The notes under the pieces are model-generated. The model saw only the letters and a program-made list of their open reading frames with translations, was not told the DNA's origin and made no database searches. From assembly GCA_028534125.1 (NCBI GenBank), contig CM052817.1:63428001-63492000 (forward strand): a stretch of DNA of 64,000 bases. Reading direction: 5' to 3'. Below, piece after piece: positions 25,701 to 39,170 of the stretch. This stretch comes from Lama glama. Taxonomy: Eukaryota. A program made the translations under genes and the position numbers. How positions within the stretch are numbered: the first letter of the stretch is position 1; every line of letters starts with the position of its first letter.

Positions 25701-26110
25701 ATAAAGATTTGCTTAACACTGACGATGTAAAGAAAAATAAACAAAATGTCAAGAGATAAAAGATAAATACTGAAAATTATATATCAGTGTGTAGGTTCTG
25801 TGCAGCAAGGCCCTGAACAAAGAACGTGACAGTGATATTCAGATAAGGAAGCATAACAGTAAACTGTCCTTCCTTCTGTATTTTATTGTTTCTCATTTGG
25901 GAGCCAATTCATTGGGTAACTGGAAGGTAGGTGAGTGGACTGAGGAAGGCAGTATAAACAGAAACAAAATAATAGAGAAGGATTCCATCAGAGGCTCTCT
26001 GGGAGCTGTTCATGAAGTGGGTGTCGTTCTAGTGGAGAAAAAGAGAAACCCAGGAAAACCCTTCTATTTCTGCAACTGTTCTTCACCTGGAAAGTAAGGC
26101 GAGAAGCACT

Positions 26111-26134
26111 AATAATAATAATAATAATAATAAT
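26111..26134. repeat. (AAT)8 microsatellite
   Basis: Direct reading. Confidence 0.95.
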
Positions 26135-27119
26135 AAAAAGGAGAGGACAGCAGAATAACAAATAGCCACACACAGTCACTTCAGACCTATTCTGAAACAA
26201 CAGAATACACTTTAAAAAGCAGTAAAAACAATAAAAATCCAGTCATTGTGAAAAAGGAGAGCCTTAGCTGCAATAAAGACAGTCAATAAAGAAGCTCTCT
26301 CGTTTAAACATCAAATGCACATTGTTTTGCAACACCTGTTATTCAGACATAATAGCTTTCTTAACCTGTCAAAGTGTTTAAGCTGAGGAAAAGAAATGGG
26401 CCTCCAGCTGTGCAGTTCTGTGGAGAAAGCCTGTGCAAAGCGGTATTAGTTTAATGAAATGTGTACAGATTGTAATTGTGGTAATAAGAGGGCAATTCCC
26501 TGAGGTGTCATAGGAAGGCGGTGAGTGCAGCCAGGCAGAAAACAGAAGCTTGCAGGCTGAGGGAGAAAATTCGGCCTGCTCTGGAGAGAGGGCAGGAAGC
26601 GAGCAGGAAGGATCAGGGAAAGAGGAACCCTGCCCCTGTGCTTTCCTCAGACTCACTGCAGGAAGGACACCGGGCCTACGAGGGGTTAAAACCCTCTCCT
26701 CACAGCACTGCTGACCCGGAGCTAATCTGAGTCGGTGTAAACTCTGTGCTGCAGGTGCTGGGGAACTCAGGGGAAACAGCTCTCAGTCTGTGACAAGATG
26801 ACGGTGACCCTTCTGAAACTCATATTCAGGGTGAGAGACAATGAATAATCAAAAATAAGTGAGGTGTAAAGGGAGTGATACAAAAGAAGAAACCAATATG
26901 TATTGCAGATCAAACAAGCATTGCCTTATTTTTGTGTTTTTCCAGACATCATCCCAGGATATACTCTAGGAAGAACATATTTTAGGAGTCTTCCTGAGAG
27001 AAGGAGCCACTTCTGTCAGTTACTTGCTAGGCAATCAATTTGTCATTATTTTAAACTTCCTGAATAATTTCAAAGCCTCAAGGTGAGGCTTGTGTGGCAA
27101 GTCTCCATAGACCAGCATT

Positions 27120-27230
27120 ACATTTCCAGCTCTTTTTCTAACTAGCTGTGTGCCTTTGGGCAAGTCATAGAACCTCTCTGGACCTCCATTTCATTATTTG
27201 TAAATCTGAGGACGTTAGTCTAAGCAGTTA
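27120..27230 (+). mobile_element. MIR SINE fragment
   Basis: actagctgtgtgcctttgggcaagtcatagaacctctctggacctccatttcattatttgtaaa is the MIR core. Confidence 0.75.
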
Positions 27231-27399
27231 GTTTGTATGATGCCTGTCAATGTTTTCTTATTACCTAATAATATCAAGGTCCATTTTAATCTTGACCCTC
27301 CCTTCCTCCTTAAGGCTCATGTCCCATGTACTTGACTATAGAATTTTACAGAATTATATCAAAATACTGGTGTTTCCTTGTATACATGATGTGATTTAA

Positions 27400-27850
27400 T
27401 TTCTCTGTAACTTCACATATGATTTTCTGTCTCCCAAAACTTTTATTCAATTGGCTGAATTCTGTTTGTTCTCAAGTATGAGGCTGCGGCGGTTCTTCCT
27501 CTGTGCTCCTCTCTAAGCTGGGATATTTCCTCCACTTCCCCCATTTTTCTGGGGCTACTCTTCCTCTTACTTCAATTATCAGTTCAGATGTCACTTCTGA
27601 CAGAAAGCCATCCCTGAGTCCCCATGTCTGGTCAGTTTCTGTTCCATATATTCCAGCATCTTCTTCTACTACCTACATTATGTCAGTCTGCATTATAATA
27701 GCATAGTCACTAATGTCAATTAGAGTCAAATTCCTTGAGGACAAGGTTTATAGGTTTATATTAATTTTTTATAGTAGTATCACTAGAGACTGGTCAAGTT
27801 CCTGATGTCCGACAGACTCACAGTGAGTATGTCTTGGATGAATGAATGGA
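27400..27850 (+). mobile_element. LINE-2 3' end
   Basis: cagttcagatgtcacttct, ttccttgaggacaagg; ends ggatgaatgaatgga. Confidence 0.65.
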
Positions 27851-29619
27851 TAAAATGCTAGGAGAAGCTTGGCTTGCACATCCAGGCAGAGCAAAGGACC
27901 CAATATGTACATGTGCTGGCCCAATATGTTCCCTGTGAGTTAAATATTCTCTGTCTTTGTCCATCTCACTCACTCACCAGGTTCTTAATTTCCTTCCAAG
28001 CAGGAGGCCATTTACTACCTTGCATGACACCTTGACTCCAAAAATATTCCACAAATTTTCATTGAAATGTATGCTTACTGCTAAAACTTCTGTACAGATT
28101 ATATGATCATAAGCTATTTCCCAAAAGATTTTTCACTCAAAATGGATTTTTTAAAATCCTGAATGATAGATACTGGTTAGGAAATCATATATTTAACTAC
28201 CCAATACTTGTCTTGTGTTTTAGAAAGCACACATATAAAATTTAGAGGAGGAAAACCAAACAAAAAATGAGCATAGCACCAGAGATGAATAAATTATCCA
28301 ACTTACTTTCTATCTCCATAAAGGGAATATGGGAGACTATAATTCTTGTCCTCAATAATGTACAGACTGAACGTTCCTCAAGTGTTTTTGGCAACCACTT
28401 ATAAATATAAAAATAAACAACTAATATAAAACTTCCTGGAATAAATTTATCTTTTTAATATCCAATATATGCCCAGGGAATATTTTTTAAAGTAAATTAA
28501 TCCTTTAATAAAACTGATCTGATAGAGCTTCAGCTCTAGAAGTCATCTGTTAAATTATCTTTCCTTCTTCATACCCTGGGCACAGTAGAAGGTGGCTTAG
28601 ACTTTGAAATTTAAAAATTAGGTTCATGTCCTGACTCTAACTTTCTGTTGGCTGACTTGCCTGAACTTCAGTTTTCTCTTATGAAAAATCAAAATAGTAA
28701 TATGGACTTTCATTTCTACTGGACCCATCTCCAAAGTTTTATGTAGCCCTAACACATCCATAGTCGCTTAGGGACAGGCCCCTTGAAAACCTGAGCTAAG
28801 AAAAGAGAGATCCCAAATAGCACAGGGCAAATGGAACCTGGATTCTTGCATTGTTTAAATTTGATATTAGAACAGATTTTAAACCCTCTTTAAGAGTTCA
28901 AAATTACTTGGGGACTAAGTATATCTTCTTTTTTTCCTCCATATAATTACTAGGCATCGAGGCATTGAAGTCATACAGATATTTAGTTAACTACTCAGAA
29001 ACTACAGGGTGCTGAGCAGCATTAACTGTTAATATTAACTAATATTTACAAATAGCATTATAATTTGTACAGCATTTTCATGAATAGTTGGTTACTTAAT
29101 GTATGTAAAACATTTGTTATTACCTAGGAACTGTGGCCTAGGATATGGTAAACCCTCAACAAATGAAAAATTTTCTATAGTTTAAGTATCTTCAACAGCT
29201 CTTACAAAGAGGCGCAATACTTTCATTCACAGTTAACAAATAGAAAAACTGGCTCAAAAGGTCAAGTGACTTACTTAGATTATAGCACTAGGATTTGGCA
29301 GGTTAGAATCTGATTCTAGATGATACAGTACTAAATTGTCTACCCTTATCATTAGTCTATGTAATTACCTAATCCATAACCCATGAAAGATGCCTAAACC
29401 ATCCTGGGAAGAGGACAGCATTAGACATTCAAAGATTTCACATTTTGCTAGTAACTCTGTGTATTGTAAGCGTCTTTTACTTCCACTATTAGTTTATTAC
29501 AATTTTCAAAATTATGCATTGCATTCATCCCCAAAGATCTATGTCTTCCTGTGTCACTTTCATCAAAGTATCTCATTAATTAAGCTACCATTTGAAGAGG
29601 ACATGTGAGGTGCTGCAAA

Positions 29620-29800
29620 GCTAAGAGGTTTACTATTATCTTATCATTTCATCCTCACCTCAACCTTAGGTGGTAAATATTCCTCATTTACTAGATGAGG
29701 AAATTGAGATTTAGGGTTACTAGCTGACTTGCTAGGTACACACAGTTAATGAATAGTAAAAGTAGGATTCTGAGCCAAATCTATTTGACTTGTCACCACC
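29620..29800 (-). mobile_element. MIR SINE fragment
   Basis: ctcatttactagatgaggaaattgagatttag...tgacttgctaggtacacacagtta. Confidence 0.7.
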
Positions 29801-32800
29801 ACCCTACAATACCTTGAGGAAATGCTGAAGAAACATGTTAAACAGCTTTTTTGAAAACATTCTCAGGGCTTTAATACACAATATACAATGAGCATCTCCA
29901 GATGATGATATAGTTTACATCATTATTCATATTTCTTTAACAGTGGAACTTTTTTTCAGAACATTTTGTGGAAATAATATTCTAAGTTTATATATTTTAG
30001 GCATTAGAGAATTTCTAAGAAAACCCAATTCTAATATTCTGCAGTTTTATGCTTTACTTTTAGCTAACTGGATCTCTCTTCTCTTTATATCTGAATCTAC
30101 TTCTTAACCAACACCAGTCTCAGTTCCCTCCATATGAAATCATATCATATAAACACAGAGAGGATGTATGAAGGTCATAAGTGTCATTGGGCAGCAATTA
30201 ACAAAACATGAAACAAAAAGCATTTATTTCTGAAAGGTAATATACTGTGCAGATTTAAGTAATATCAGGATAGATTGTATCATCAATTAGAAAACCCAGA
30301 TAAGCTTTTCTAATATAAATGTATTTTTAAAATAATGGTCCAATAAATCAAAGAACTTAGCAAGGGAGAGGAAAGCCAAGCTGAGTAAGTGGGAGAATTA
30401 TAATATCTATCTCCAAACTAAACAAAATCTTTGAACCCAACTTTGTCATCTCTGCTTACACCCATGTGCTTTTAATTTTTTCTGAGATAAAATTTTGAAC
30501 TGAATAAAATTCAATTTGCCTAGCAAGTTGAGCTTCATTTCTAAGTTGTTCCTTTTAATAATGAGTTGGAGGGTCTCTGAGACCTTCCCCAGCTGAGACC
30601 TCATATTGTGAGGAGACACCATCTCCTTTCATCATCTGCACTTGTCTCTGAACCATGATGTCATGGGGAGCATCATGACGGATAGAACCTGACACGCCCT
30701 GTCATGGAGCCAGATGCACCAGCTGGGAAGCCTATGGAGCAACAAGCTTCAGCAAAGGGCAACTTGGAGGTTAAAAAACTTGTCTTTTTGGTTTTTGGTT
30801 TTTGAGGATCAATTTACCTGAATTAGAGAAAATCTTTTCCAAATCTAAGCCTAGCAAATGATTTAGAACCAGATCCATGTTCACTTTTGAATAGAACAAA
30901 AGTCTGAGACAATTCTACATATATATCTTCATTGACTCCCTTTAAAATAAAAGTTACTTTTCTCTCTTCATATTAAGACAAAAGAAAAGCTGTTAGACTG
31001 GTATATTCTTAACAAAGCTCAAACAATATTTGTGTCATCTGATCTTAGTAAGTTTCTTAAAACAGTACAGATACTGCTTTTGCACTAATTTCTATTTGAG
31101 TATTACAAGGGAAATGGTTTTTTCTCAGTGGCCTATGGAGTAACTTGCATTTTGTGTAGAGCAATAGGGACAGAATATTTTCACATGGCTATTAGCATTG
31201 GCCCCATTCTTTTAGGGGGGTACCTGGTGATGTTGCCAAAAAAAAAAACTGCCCAGGGATTAAGCTGAATGTCTTTACTCCCACTATCTTGACATTATTA
31301 GAATATATCTCCTTTCTAAGATGAAAGGCTTACCGCCTTGAACATCAGGAGAAATGAGTTTGAACTTCGTACAATCAGTTCCTCAGTTCCAGTAACCCTG
31401 AACTCAGGACAAAAGTAAGACTCCCTGTGAGAAATGCCTCTGAAAGCATTAGAATAGCACATTATTGCCCCAATATTAAGTAGCTGAACTTTTCCTCTGC
31501 ATACTTTTTCCTACTGTTTTTGTCTTCTTCCATTCAACATCTGAACCCTAAGAAGATATCTCTTCTCTTACCTCACCCAACTCAGTCAATAAAGTAAAAG
31601 GGATTAACTTTAGATTAATATGAATGAGTTTCATCCAATATTTAGTTATGTTTCCATAAATATTTAAGCCATATTTCTAATCATGGAAACAAAAATTCCT
31701 GGTACCTAATTAAAAGGAACATAAAACTTCACTGAATGGTACAAATGTAGAAAATGTTATGGCCTGTGGAAGCAAATTCGCTTAGAACATTTCTGCAAAA
31801 GGACATTCTAACCAGGATTGTGTTTAAAAAGCATTTAGTCCTTGCTCTCTATACTAATTCAACATAACCTCTGCCTATACAAATGTTTCCCAGTTAAGAG
31901 TAAAAGGCTTGGTTTCTGAGAGTTTGCAGAATGAGCTCTATCCATAATATCATTTTTGCTGTCAGTAAATGTCACCAAGGTGAGAATTGTCTATTTCTAT
32001 TCTACTTCAGCCTTCAGCTTCAGCATTAAACTTAAGAGAAAATGTATGAGCTACCTGTATTGATAGCATTGTTCATTGAGGCTTCTGTATGTGCTCTCTG
32101 GGCATCCAGAAGTTCTGCAGTATTTTGTTCAAGCTGCTCAAGGTTGAGCATCTATTCATACTACTTTGAAGTTGATACAGTCATAGCTTTTCCAAAATGA
32201 CCTGCCTATTAGGTCCAGGCCTCTCTACCTCCTGTCTCAGGAAAAATAATCAGAACAGCTTCCTTTTCTTCCTTCTGCACTTCATTATGTGTTTCAAGGT
32301 TGAGGAAAAAAAAGGATCAATGATTTTCTTTTAAAGTATGACACAGCTATTTCTTGCCCACAGAGTAGACTTTTGCAGGGCTCTGGTTGTGATACTAGAT
32401 GAAGCTGATTTTAATGAGTCAATTTGAGGCTACCTGACTCCTCTGCTCTTTGCAGGTGTAATTTACTTTTTTCTTTACATATATCCCTGCTGACACTTTT
32501 AAAGGGTTTGTTTGTTTCCTTTTAAGCATAGTACACAAAACCAAATTCAATAGCAGCTTTATCCACCCAGAAGTCAAGACAATTCAAAAGCTAAGACAAT
32601 CTAAAAAGCTAAAAATAGAAGAATTTTTTTTAATGTCTATTAGAAGACATAAAGCATTAACTCTAGCTTTGTCTGGGATACTCATCAAACATGGGGACCA
32701 ACACTGCTCCTTGTTGTCATCATTGGAGCTTTTTGCATCTTGATTTTAATATATTTTGGTGATATGGCTAATAACAATATTTCTACATTTTTGTATGGTC

Positions 32801-35800
32801 ACATCAAAATGTGTGAATCTCTGCTGCTAGGACATGAATTTTCAGGGCACTCAGACTTTTATTGGACAAATATGAGCCATTTTTCCTGGCATCAGGAAGA
32901 TAACGTCTTTGATTCAGGTGAACATATAACCAAAGGAAAAAGCATTTTCTAATGGTAGCTTCTATTTCCATTTTTATTAATACAGTGACATGCAAAACTG
33001 AATTTTTAATAAATACCATTGAAGTAAATGGCTTTTTAGCAGTTTTAATCCAAACTGAGGCCAAAAGAGTTCTTAGGTACTGCTGAACTCATGAGAAAGC
33101 TAATTATTTTCTCTTCTTTCAAATAAAGGAGGGAAGCATGAAATACAGAGCTATATTTTGCCAGTTGTTAGCTGTTATTTAACCCCCATAATCCTCAATT
33201 TTCCTGTCTCTACAGTGGAGATAATGGGTAGATGGAAATGACTCATATGAGATAGAACCTGGCACATAACAAATGCTCAAGAAATTATTGAAACTACGTA
33301 TTTTTTTTAACATTTGCTGAGAATGTAGATGAGTTCCTCCAAGTTCACTGAAACTGGATTAATAGTTCTAGACCCTTAGCTTAAATTTATCATTCAAAAA
33401 CACAATAATAGATGGATATTCAAAACATTCCTTCAACCTCATAGTCTCTACAAGAGTGAGAAGGAACCATCAGCATTTTAAGATTCCCTTTTACTCATTT
33501 TCTGCATCCTGTACTGAGCTTCACACTTCAGGAATGGTGACCAAATTGAGACTGGTATACCCAGTAATTTTACTGAATGTTCTGGTTTTTACAAGCTATG
33601 GGTTTAGGTTGAGCAGGAAGAACCAGATACACATGGTAAGTGAGAATTTCCACCATATGGAAGATGGCAGAGATCATAACAATGATAACCCCCAGAAGTG
33701 GGAGCCCACAAACCTCAGCCCACTCTGTCTTCTCTGGGTTCAGAGTTGCTGAAGAGGACTCAGTAATTTGCTGTTTAGAAGAAGTCTTTCTCACAGAAAA
33801 GAGAAGAGATAAGGGAGATGAGTGCCTGCAGTGTATGCTGTCACCCATGGCCAGCAGGTGCCTCATGAGAGCAGACACGGGGCAGGGGACTGCAGCACCC
33901 CTCTCATGCTGTAGACTAAGTCCCCTCTGCCTTGCGCAGGGGAAGGCAGATTTACTGTGGGCCTGGCCACACAACACACATGCAAGCAGGACAAATAAAT
34001 TCACTGTGTGCTCAAGACATGGGAAAGTTTTCTGCTAATAAGAAAGAAAAATCTGGAGCCAGCTGACATCTCGTCTTCCATATGAGGGAATGTTGCAGCC
34101 CAGGGTACTGACTGGGGAATCCCAGAGAGAAGGGTGGCAGGTTGAGCAATGGCTGCTTCCCCACAATTTATTTTTTTTAAATGGTGATGGAAAGACTAGA
34201 ATTCTGTGACTTAGAAGTCAAAGTCTTTGTACTAAATTGCCAGGCGTTTGAACTAATATGTTTCCTAAATAGGCAATTCCTATTGTCAAATTTTATTTTC
34301 TTTATGATTATACTTCACCCATCACTAATTTCCTATTTCTCTTGGTTCTCATTAATTTTTTTTTGAGGAAATGTGCTCTACAACATATTTTATACAGTAA
34401 CAAGTTCATATTTATTTATTCACCAAGCAACCATTACAAAAGCATCTGGTATGTGCAGAGAAATGTGCCAAGGGTGGATGGGCAAGTATGCAAGGATAAG
34501 TTACTGACATTAAGAACCTCACATTTAGTAGAGGAAATAGAAAAATACTCACACCAAAGAATAACATAAGGCAGATTCTGATTAATTTCATAAAGTTATC
34601 TCATTTTCTTATGGTAACTGATTTCACAGACTTTAGTCTTCCCTTGCTTTTATGCATACCTCATCCTGGACTCATATTGGTCTTTAAAAAAAGAAAAATC
34701 TAATCATCCCTTGCCTTTTGTTTGAGAGTTGCCTTTTGTTTTTAAGGAAAACTTCAGACTCCATAGCATGACATTCAGTGCTTTTCATGATTTGATCCTG
34801 GTTTGGATCTCAATTTCCCTTCTTGTCTTCATCTCTCCCAACCCCCACCCCACTTTCTGTTTACTTACCTCCACCAAAGAAACGACGTCCTATTCATCAC
34901 TCTATCCTTAACACCTAGCAGAACCTGGCTCATTGAAGCCAAGTGATAAATATTTTTATCAAGAGGAAAAAATGTTGTGTCTTTTAATATTGAATTTAAA
35001 GTTCTGGCATGATCTTCAGACCAAGATATCCAACAGGTAACTGGAAATGTTGGATTAATTCTTGAGATTATATAGAGTTACTTGCAGGTACATGATGGAT
35101 TAAGTCATAGCAAGAACCAAGGAACCAAAACAAGAGTTTGAAATAGTGTTAGATGTTGAGTTAAACACAAAGTTCTTTAATATAGAACTTTAAAATAATC
35201 TAATATGCTTTGGTAAGTAATCAAAAAAGGATGTAATTATTAGTATTTTCTAAATTTATTTGACAAAAGAGCACTTTTCTCACTGACTATTATTGGTTTA
35301 TAAACATTTTGAAAGGGAGAGAGAGAAGGGGAAAGAGGAAACAAGAAGTGATCAGAAAGGTAGGAGAAGCAAGTAAGTGAAGCATCCTGAAAATAAAAGG
35401 ATAATTTTTAAGAATAAAGTTGTGCTCAATAAATTGAGTAATGTTGGAAGATCAAGAGAAGTTACCTGGCATAACTATTGCTTACAAAATAAAATACAAC
35501 CAGTTTCGAAAGTGGGTTAGAGTGCGAGAGAATGAGAAAAGGTTAGTGAGTAAGAGATGCAGGCACAAAATGAGACAGTGTCATAGATGGCAAAGCAGTT
35601 GTGGAACTTGAGTACGGCCATCCTGAATTGTCCTGATGATGTGAATGAGGTGATAACCACCACTTTCAGCTTCCAGCTACATGAAACAAACCACACTGGG
35701 CCAAGAACTCTGCAGTCTTAATTTATTCAGTACATTGAGACGTCGCTCAAATGGAATTTGGATAATCGTTGTGCCTGTTGGAATCATATAATTGATGGAC

Positions 35801-37919
35801 CATGGTCCTCAAATTGAGCTTATTTATTTGTTTTTGACAAACTAATTCAGTAGAAATAGGCACACTGACTGTTTTAACATTCCAGAACCATTTGCTGAGA
35901 GACAAATCACAAATGTGACCCCAGAGAGACTGCTGACCGCCAATATACCTGTGCTTATTTTCATTCCCCATCTGTTCACCCCACTTCCATTCCATTTTAT
36001 GTGTCATTTCTCTGTTTTATTTCACTTTTTTTCCTTTAGAATCAAGCCTTTGGTGAGTCCATTTTCTGCTTATTTTCCACTCTCCTTTTTTCTCCCTTTT
36101 CTTTGACCAACAAATGCTGCATAGCAGACAGACTCATTCATCTCTAGAACCTTATCTAAGGGAGCATATGTTTCTTTTCTTTGAGGTCAGATTAACTATT
36201 CCCTATATGTAACACAAAGAAGAAATATGCATTGGCAGCAAATTCTGCTACGGTAAACCATCATTTCTGTCCACTATGTTAAGCCAATTTAACATGCTTA
36301 AACATGCCTTTTGTCATCGACAACAAAAGCAAAAGGCAGTTGAACTCTGGTTAATAAATCATTTTCTGAGGCAGAAAGACTGCTTAGGAAATATGATGCC
36401 AGACATGTAAGACTATTCTCTAAAGAGTTTTAGTCATGAGTTCACCCAATTTCCTCATGATTAAAACTGTTTTAACGAAAGACACTTAAAAGTCTATGAG
36501 GAGTAACTAAATTTAAAAACAAACTCACTAAGTAGTTGAGGCAGGTTTTATATTTGCTGAAGGGTTTATTAGATTAATTATTATTCCGCAGAGAAGAGGA
36601 ATGGAAAGATACCACAGAAGTATTTCATGAGGATATGAATTCTAAGAAATGTTAGCTTATATATTTCCCCCCAAAATTCCAAATCTTCAACCTTTCTCTA
36701 TTTGACTGCCATTTTTATTAATTTAAATAAAATTCATTTGTTCACTGTTAACAGGGTTATATAATAATAAGGCTGTGTTTTCTCCAGGAGTACATTCTGA
36801 AGCACTTACCATAAGAGACAGAATACCTCAACACCAAAAAAAAAAAAAAAAAGATTCAACCTGAAATGCTTTTCAAAAAAAAGAGAGAGGCAAACTTCTG
36901 GAGACTACTACGTGTTCAGCTGAAATAGCCATCTATTACTTGACCACACACAGACACAGACACACACGCATACAAAGACACCATGACTATTATGGCAAAA
37001 ACTTGCCAAATGCCAGGTTCTTAATTATCACTCCCAGATATCTGAGATGATGGCATAAACGGGACTAACTATTCATGTTCATAGATTTATTTTTATTACA
37101 TATGAAAAATGTTAGTATTATACATTTATTCATGTTAGGCAGTACATGCATTCATTTCAGATAGAACATTTTCAGATCTGGTGATACATTTAGAAATACA
37201 TCTTCAGGTGGTCTGGGAAGAATTTTCCTGTCCCAATTTTTATCTTCTCCTCCCACCCAGCTGCTGTATGACTTTTAGAGTTTGGTCATGCTTCCAAACT
37301 GAGCAAACTCAGAGTAAAGGGGAGTGAAAGCTTTTGAATACACAGGTGGCACTGTGTGCAGAATCTTCTGTTGCCATGCTTACTGATGAATGTGGGGGAG
37401 TGACAGACAGCCCTGGCCAGATACCATAGTCTTCTCTAGTCTCCAAAAATGACATTGTTGCCCAGTAGATGAATAACATTGCAAAATACCATCGTCCATA
37501 TGGACACCTAGAGGAAAACTGGGTTGAATGGCATTTAGGGCAACATAACAAGCTGTGCTTTGAAAAGAGGTGTCTATAGCCAGTAAAGACAAGTAGAAAG
37601 TCTCTGGCTAGTGTATAGCTTGCCACTATCTCCAACAACATACTGTATTTATATGAATGCTTTACCCCTAAAATAGGTCTCTAACTTGACTAAATACCTT
37701 TATAAGACACATGACACTTACGTGCCAGTTACTGTGCAAAACACTAAATATTCATTATCTTTCTTTAATATGAGAACATTGAGTGACAGAGCAAATTGTT
37801 TAGCATGCCCTTTGTGATTGCATTTTTATTAGTTTTATTAATGGAAAGACTGCTACTTTGAAACAAGTTGTTTGCAGCCAATTCTATTCCATATAATTAA
37901 TAGTACATCCATTATCTTT

Positions 37920-38120
37920 TTAAGCAAATATTTATTGAACACATACTGTTCTAAAATGCCTTACTTGTTTAATGTTCACAATAAAACTATAAAATATTAT
38001 TATTTCCATCTTATAGATGAGATAACTGGGGGCAAAGAGGTTGTTTACCAGGTATGACATGTAAGAGGCACAGACAGGACTTGTATCCTAGCATTCTAGA
38101 TGTTCTTAACCACTTTAGTG
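37920..38120 (-). mobile_element. MIR SINE fragment
   Basis: tatttattgaacacatactgt...ccatcttatagatgagataactggggg. Confidence 0.6.
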
Positions 38121-38799
38121 TACTGCTTCTATTAAAACCTTGGAATAACTTACTTCTTAGAGTTTTCATCACAAAAGTTATTGTGAGTAATATTGAGGAA
38201 AGGAACTTTGTATTCTGAAAAGTACTATGCAAATGGTGGTGATATATTCACTCATCCATCCATTCACTTATTCATTTCCTGCTTTGTTCCATTAAAGAAT
38301 GAAAGCATCAAAATCAGTAAAATGTTGTTTTAGCAAATGTTTGTATTGTTTCAGATGCTAGATTTTTCTCACTTTCTATCTAATGGCAAAGGGTGAAAAA
38401 TAGTGATTACAACCCATCCATTTAAAAATTATACTTTGCTAAGCTGAATATAGTTTTACATTTGCCAGCTCTTTTCTGATCACTTTCCTAGGTATGTTTC
38501 AGACATAAATAATTGAAACTTTCAAGTATATATCAATAAGATACCCAGTTTTAATTTAACAGTACCTGCCTCTGTTTCTCCCAGCTTTCTGATAAAGCTT
38601 GGAAAAGAAAGCTCATTCATTAAGGTAACTATCCCAGAGAAAATAATAAGTTAAAATCAACTGCATGTGATATCCAATACAGAGTAGACTTTACTTTACA
38701 GATAGTTTAATACCAGGAAATACATCAGTACAACTAATCATATTGTTATGTTAAAGAAAGAAAAAGTAATATTCATAGATAGTTCCTATGAATGGTGAG

Positions 38800-39170
38800 T
38801 TTCTGCACCACACAGCAACCAGATATATCCTTTTAAAACATAAAGCTTATCACATCATTCCTTTGCTTAAAATTCTCCAGTGACTTCCTACACATTTAGA
38901 ATAAATTTCAAAGTTCTTACAATGTCCTTAAAAGGTTTTGCATGATTGGATTCCAGAATATCTCCTTGATTTCATCTCTTAACCAATCTTCATCTCATTC
39001 TTTTCTAGCTACTTCTAAGACCCAATACACCTGTACCCAATTAGGACCTTTATACTTGAAGCTTCTCTGCCTGAAAACCCTTTTCATTATATTTTCATGT
39101 AATTTTGCCCCCTCATTTCATTCAAATTTGGTCTAATAACACTCCTTAGAGTGTTTATTGGCACACATTA
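38800..39170 (+). mobile_element. LINE-2 fragment
   Basis: tatcacatcattcctttgcttaaaattctccagtgacttcc...atttagaataaattt. Confidence 0.7.

Noticed and set aside
33456..34038. Overlapping 98-144 aa ORFs and a CTCF-like TGGCCAGCAGGTGCCTC near 33848
   Set aside because: No recognisable protein or exon structure; the motif departs from the CTCF core at two positions, so it is unsupported without ChIP data.
35612..35637. 5S rRNA-like TACGGCCAT...CCTGAA
   Set aside because: Only a 9-nt and a 6-nt match with a gap; compatible with chance.
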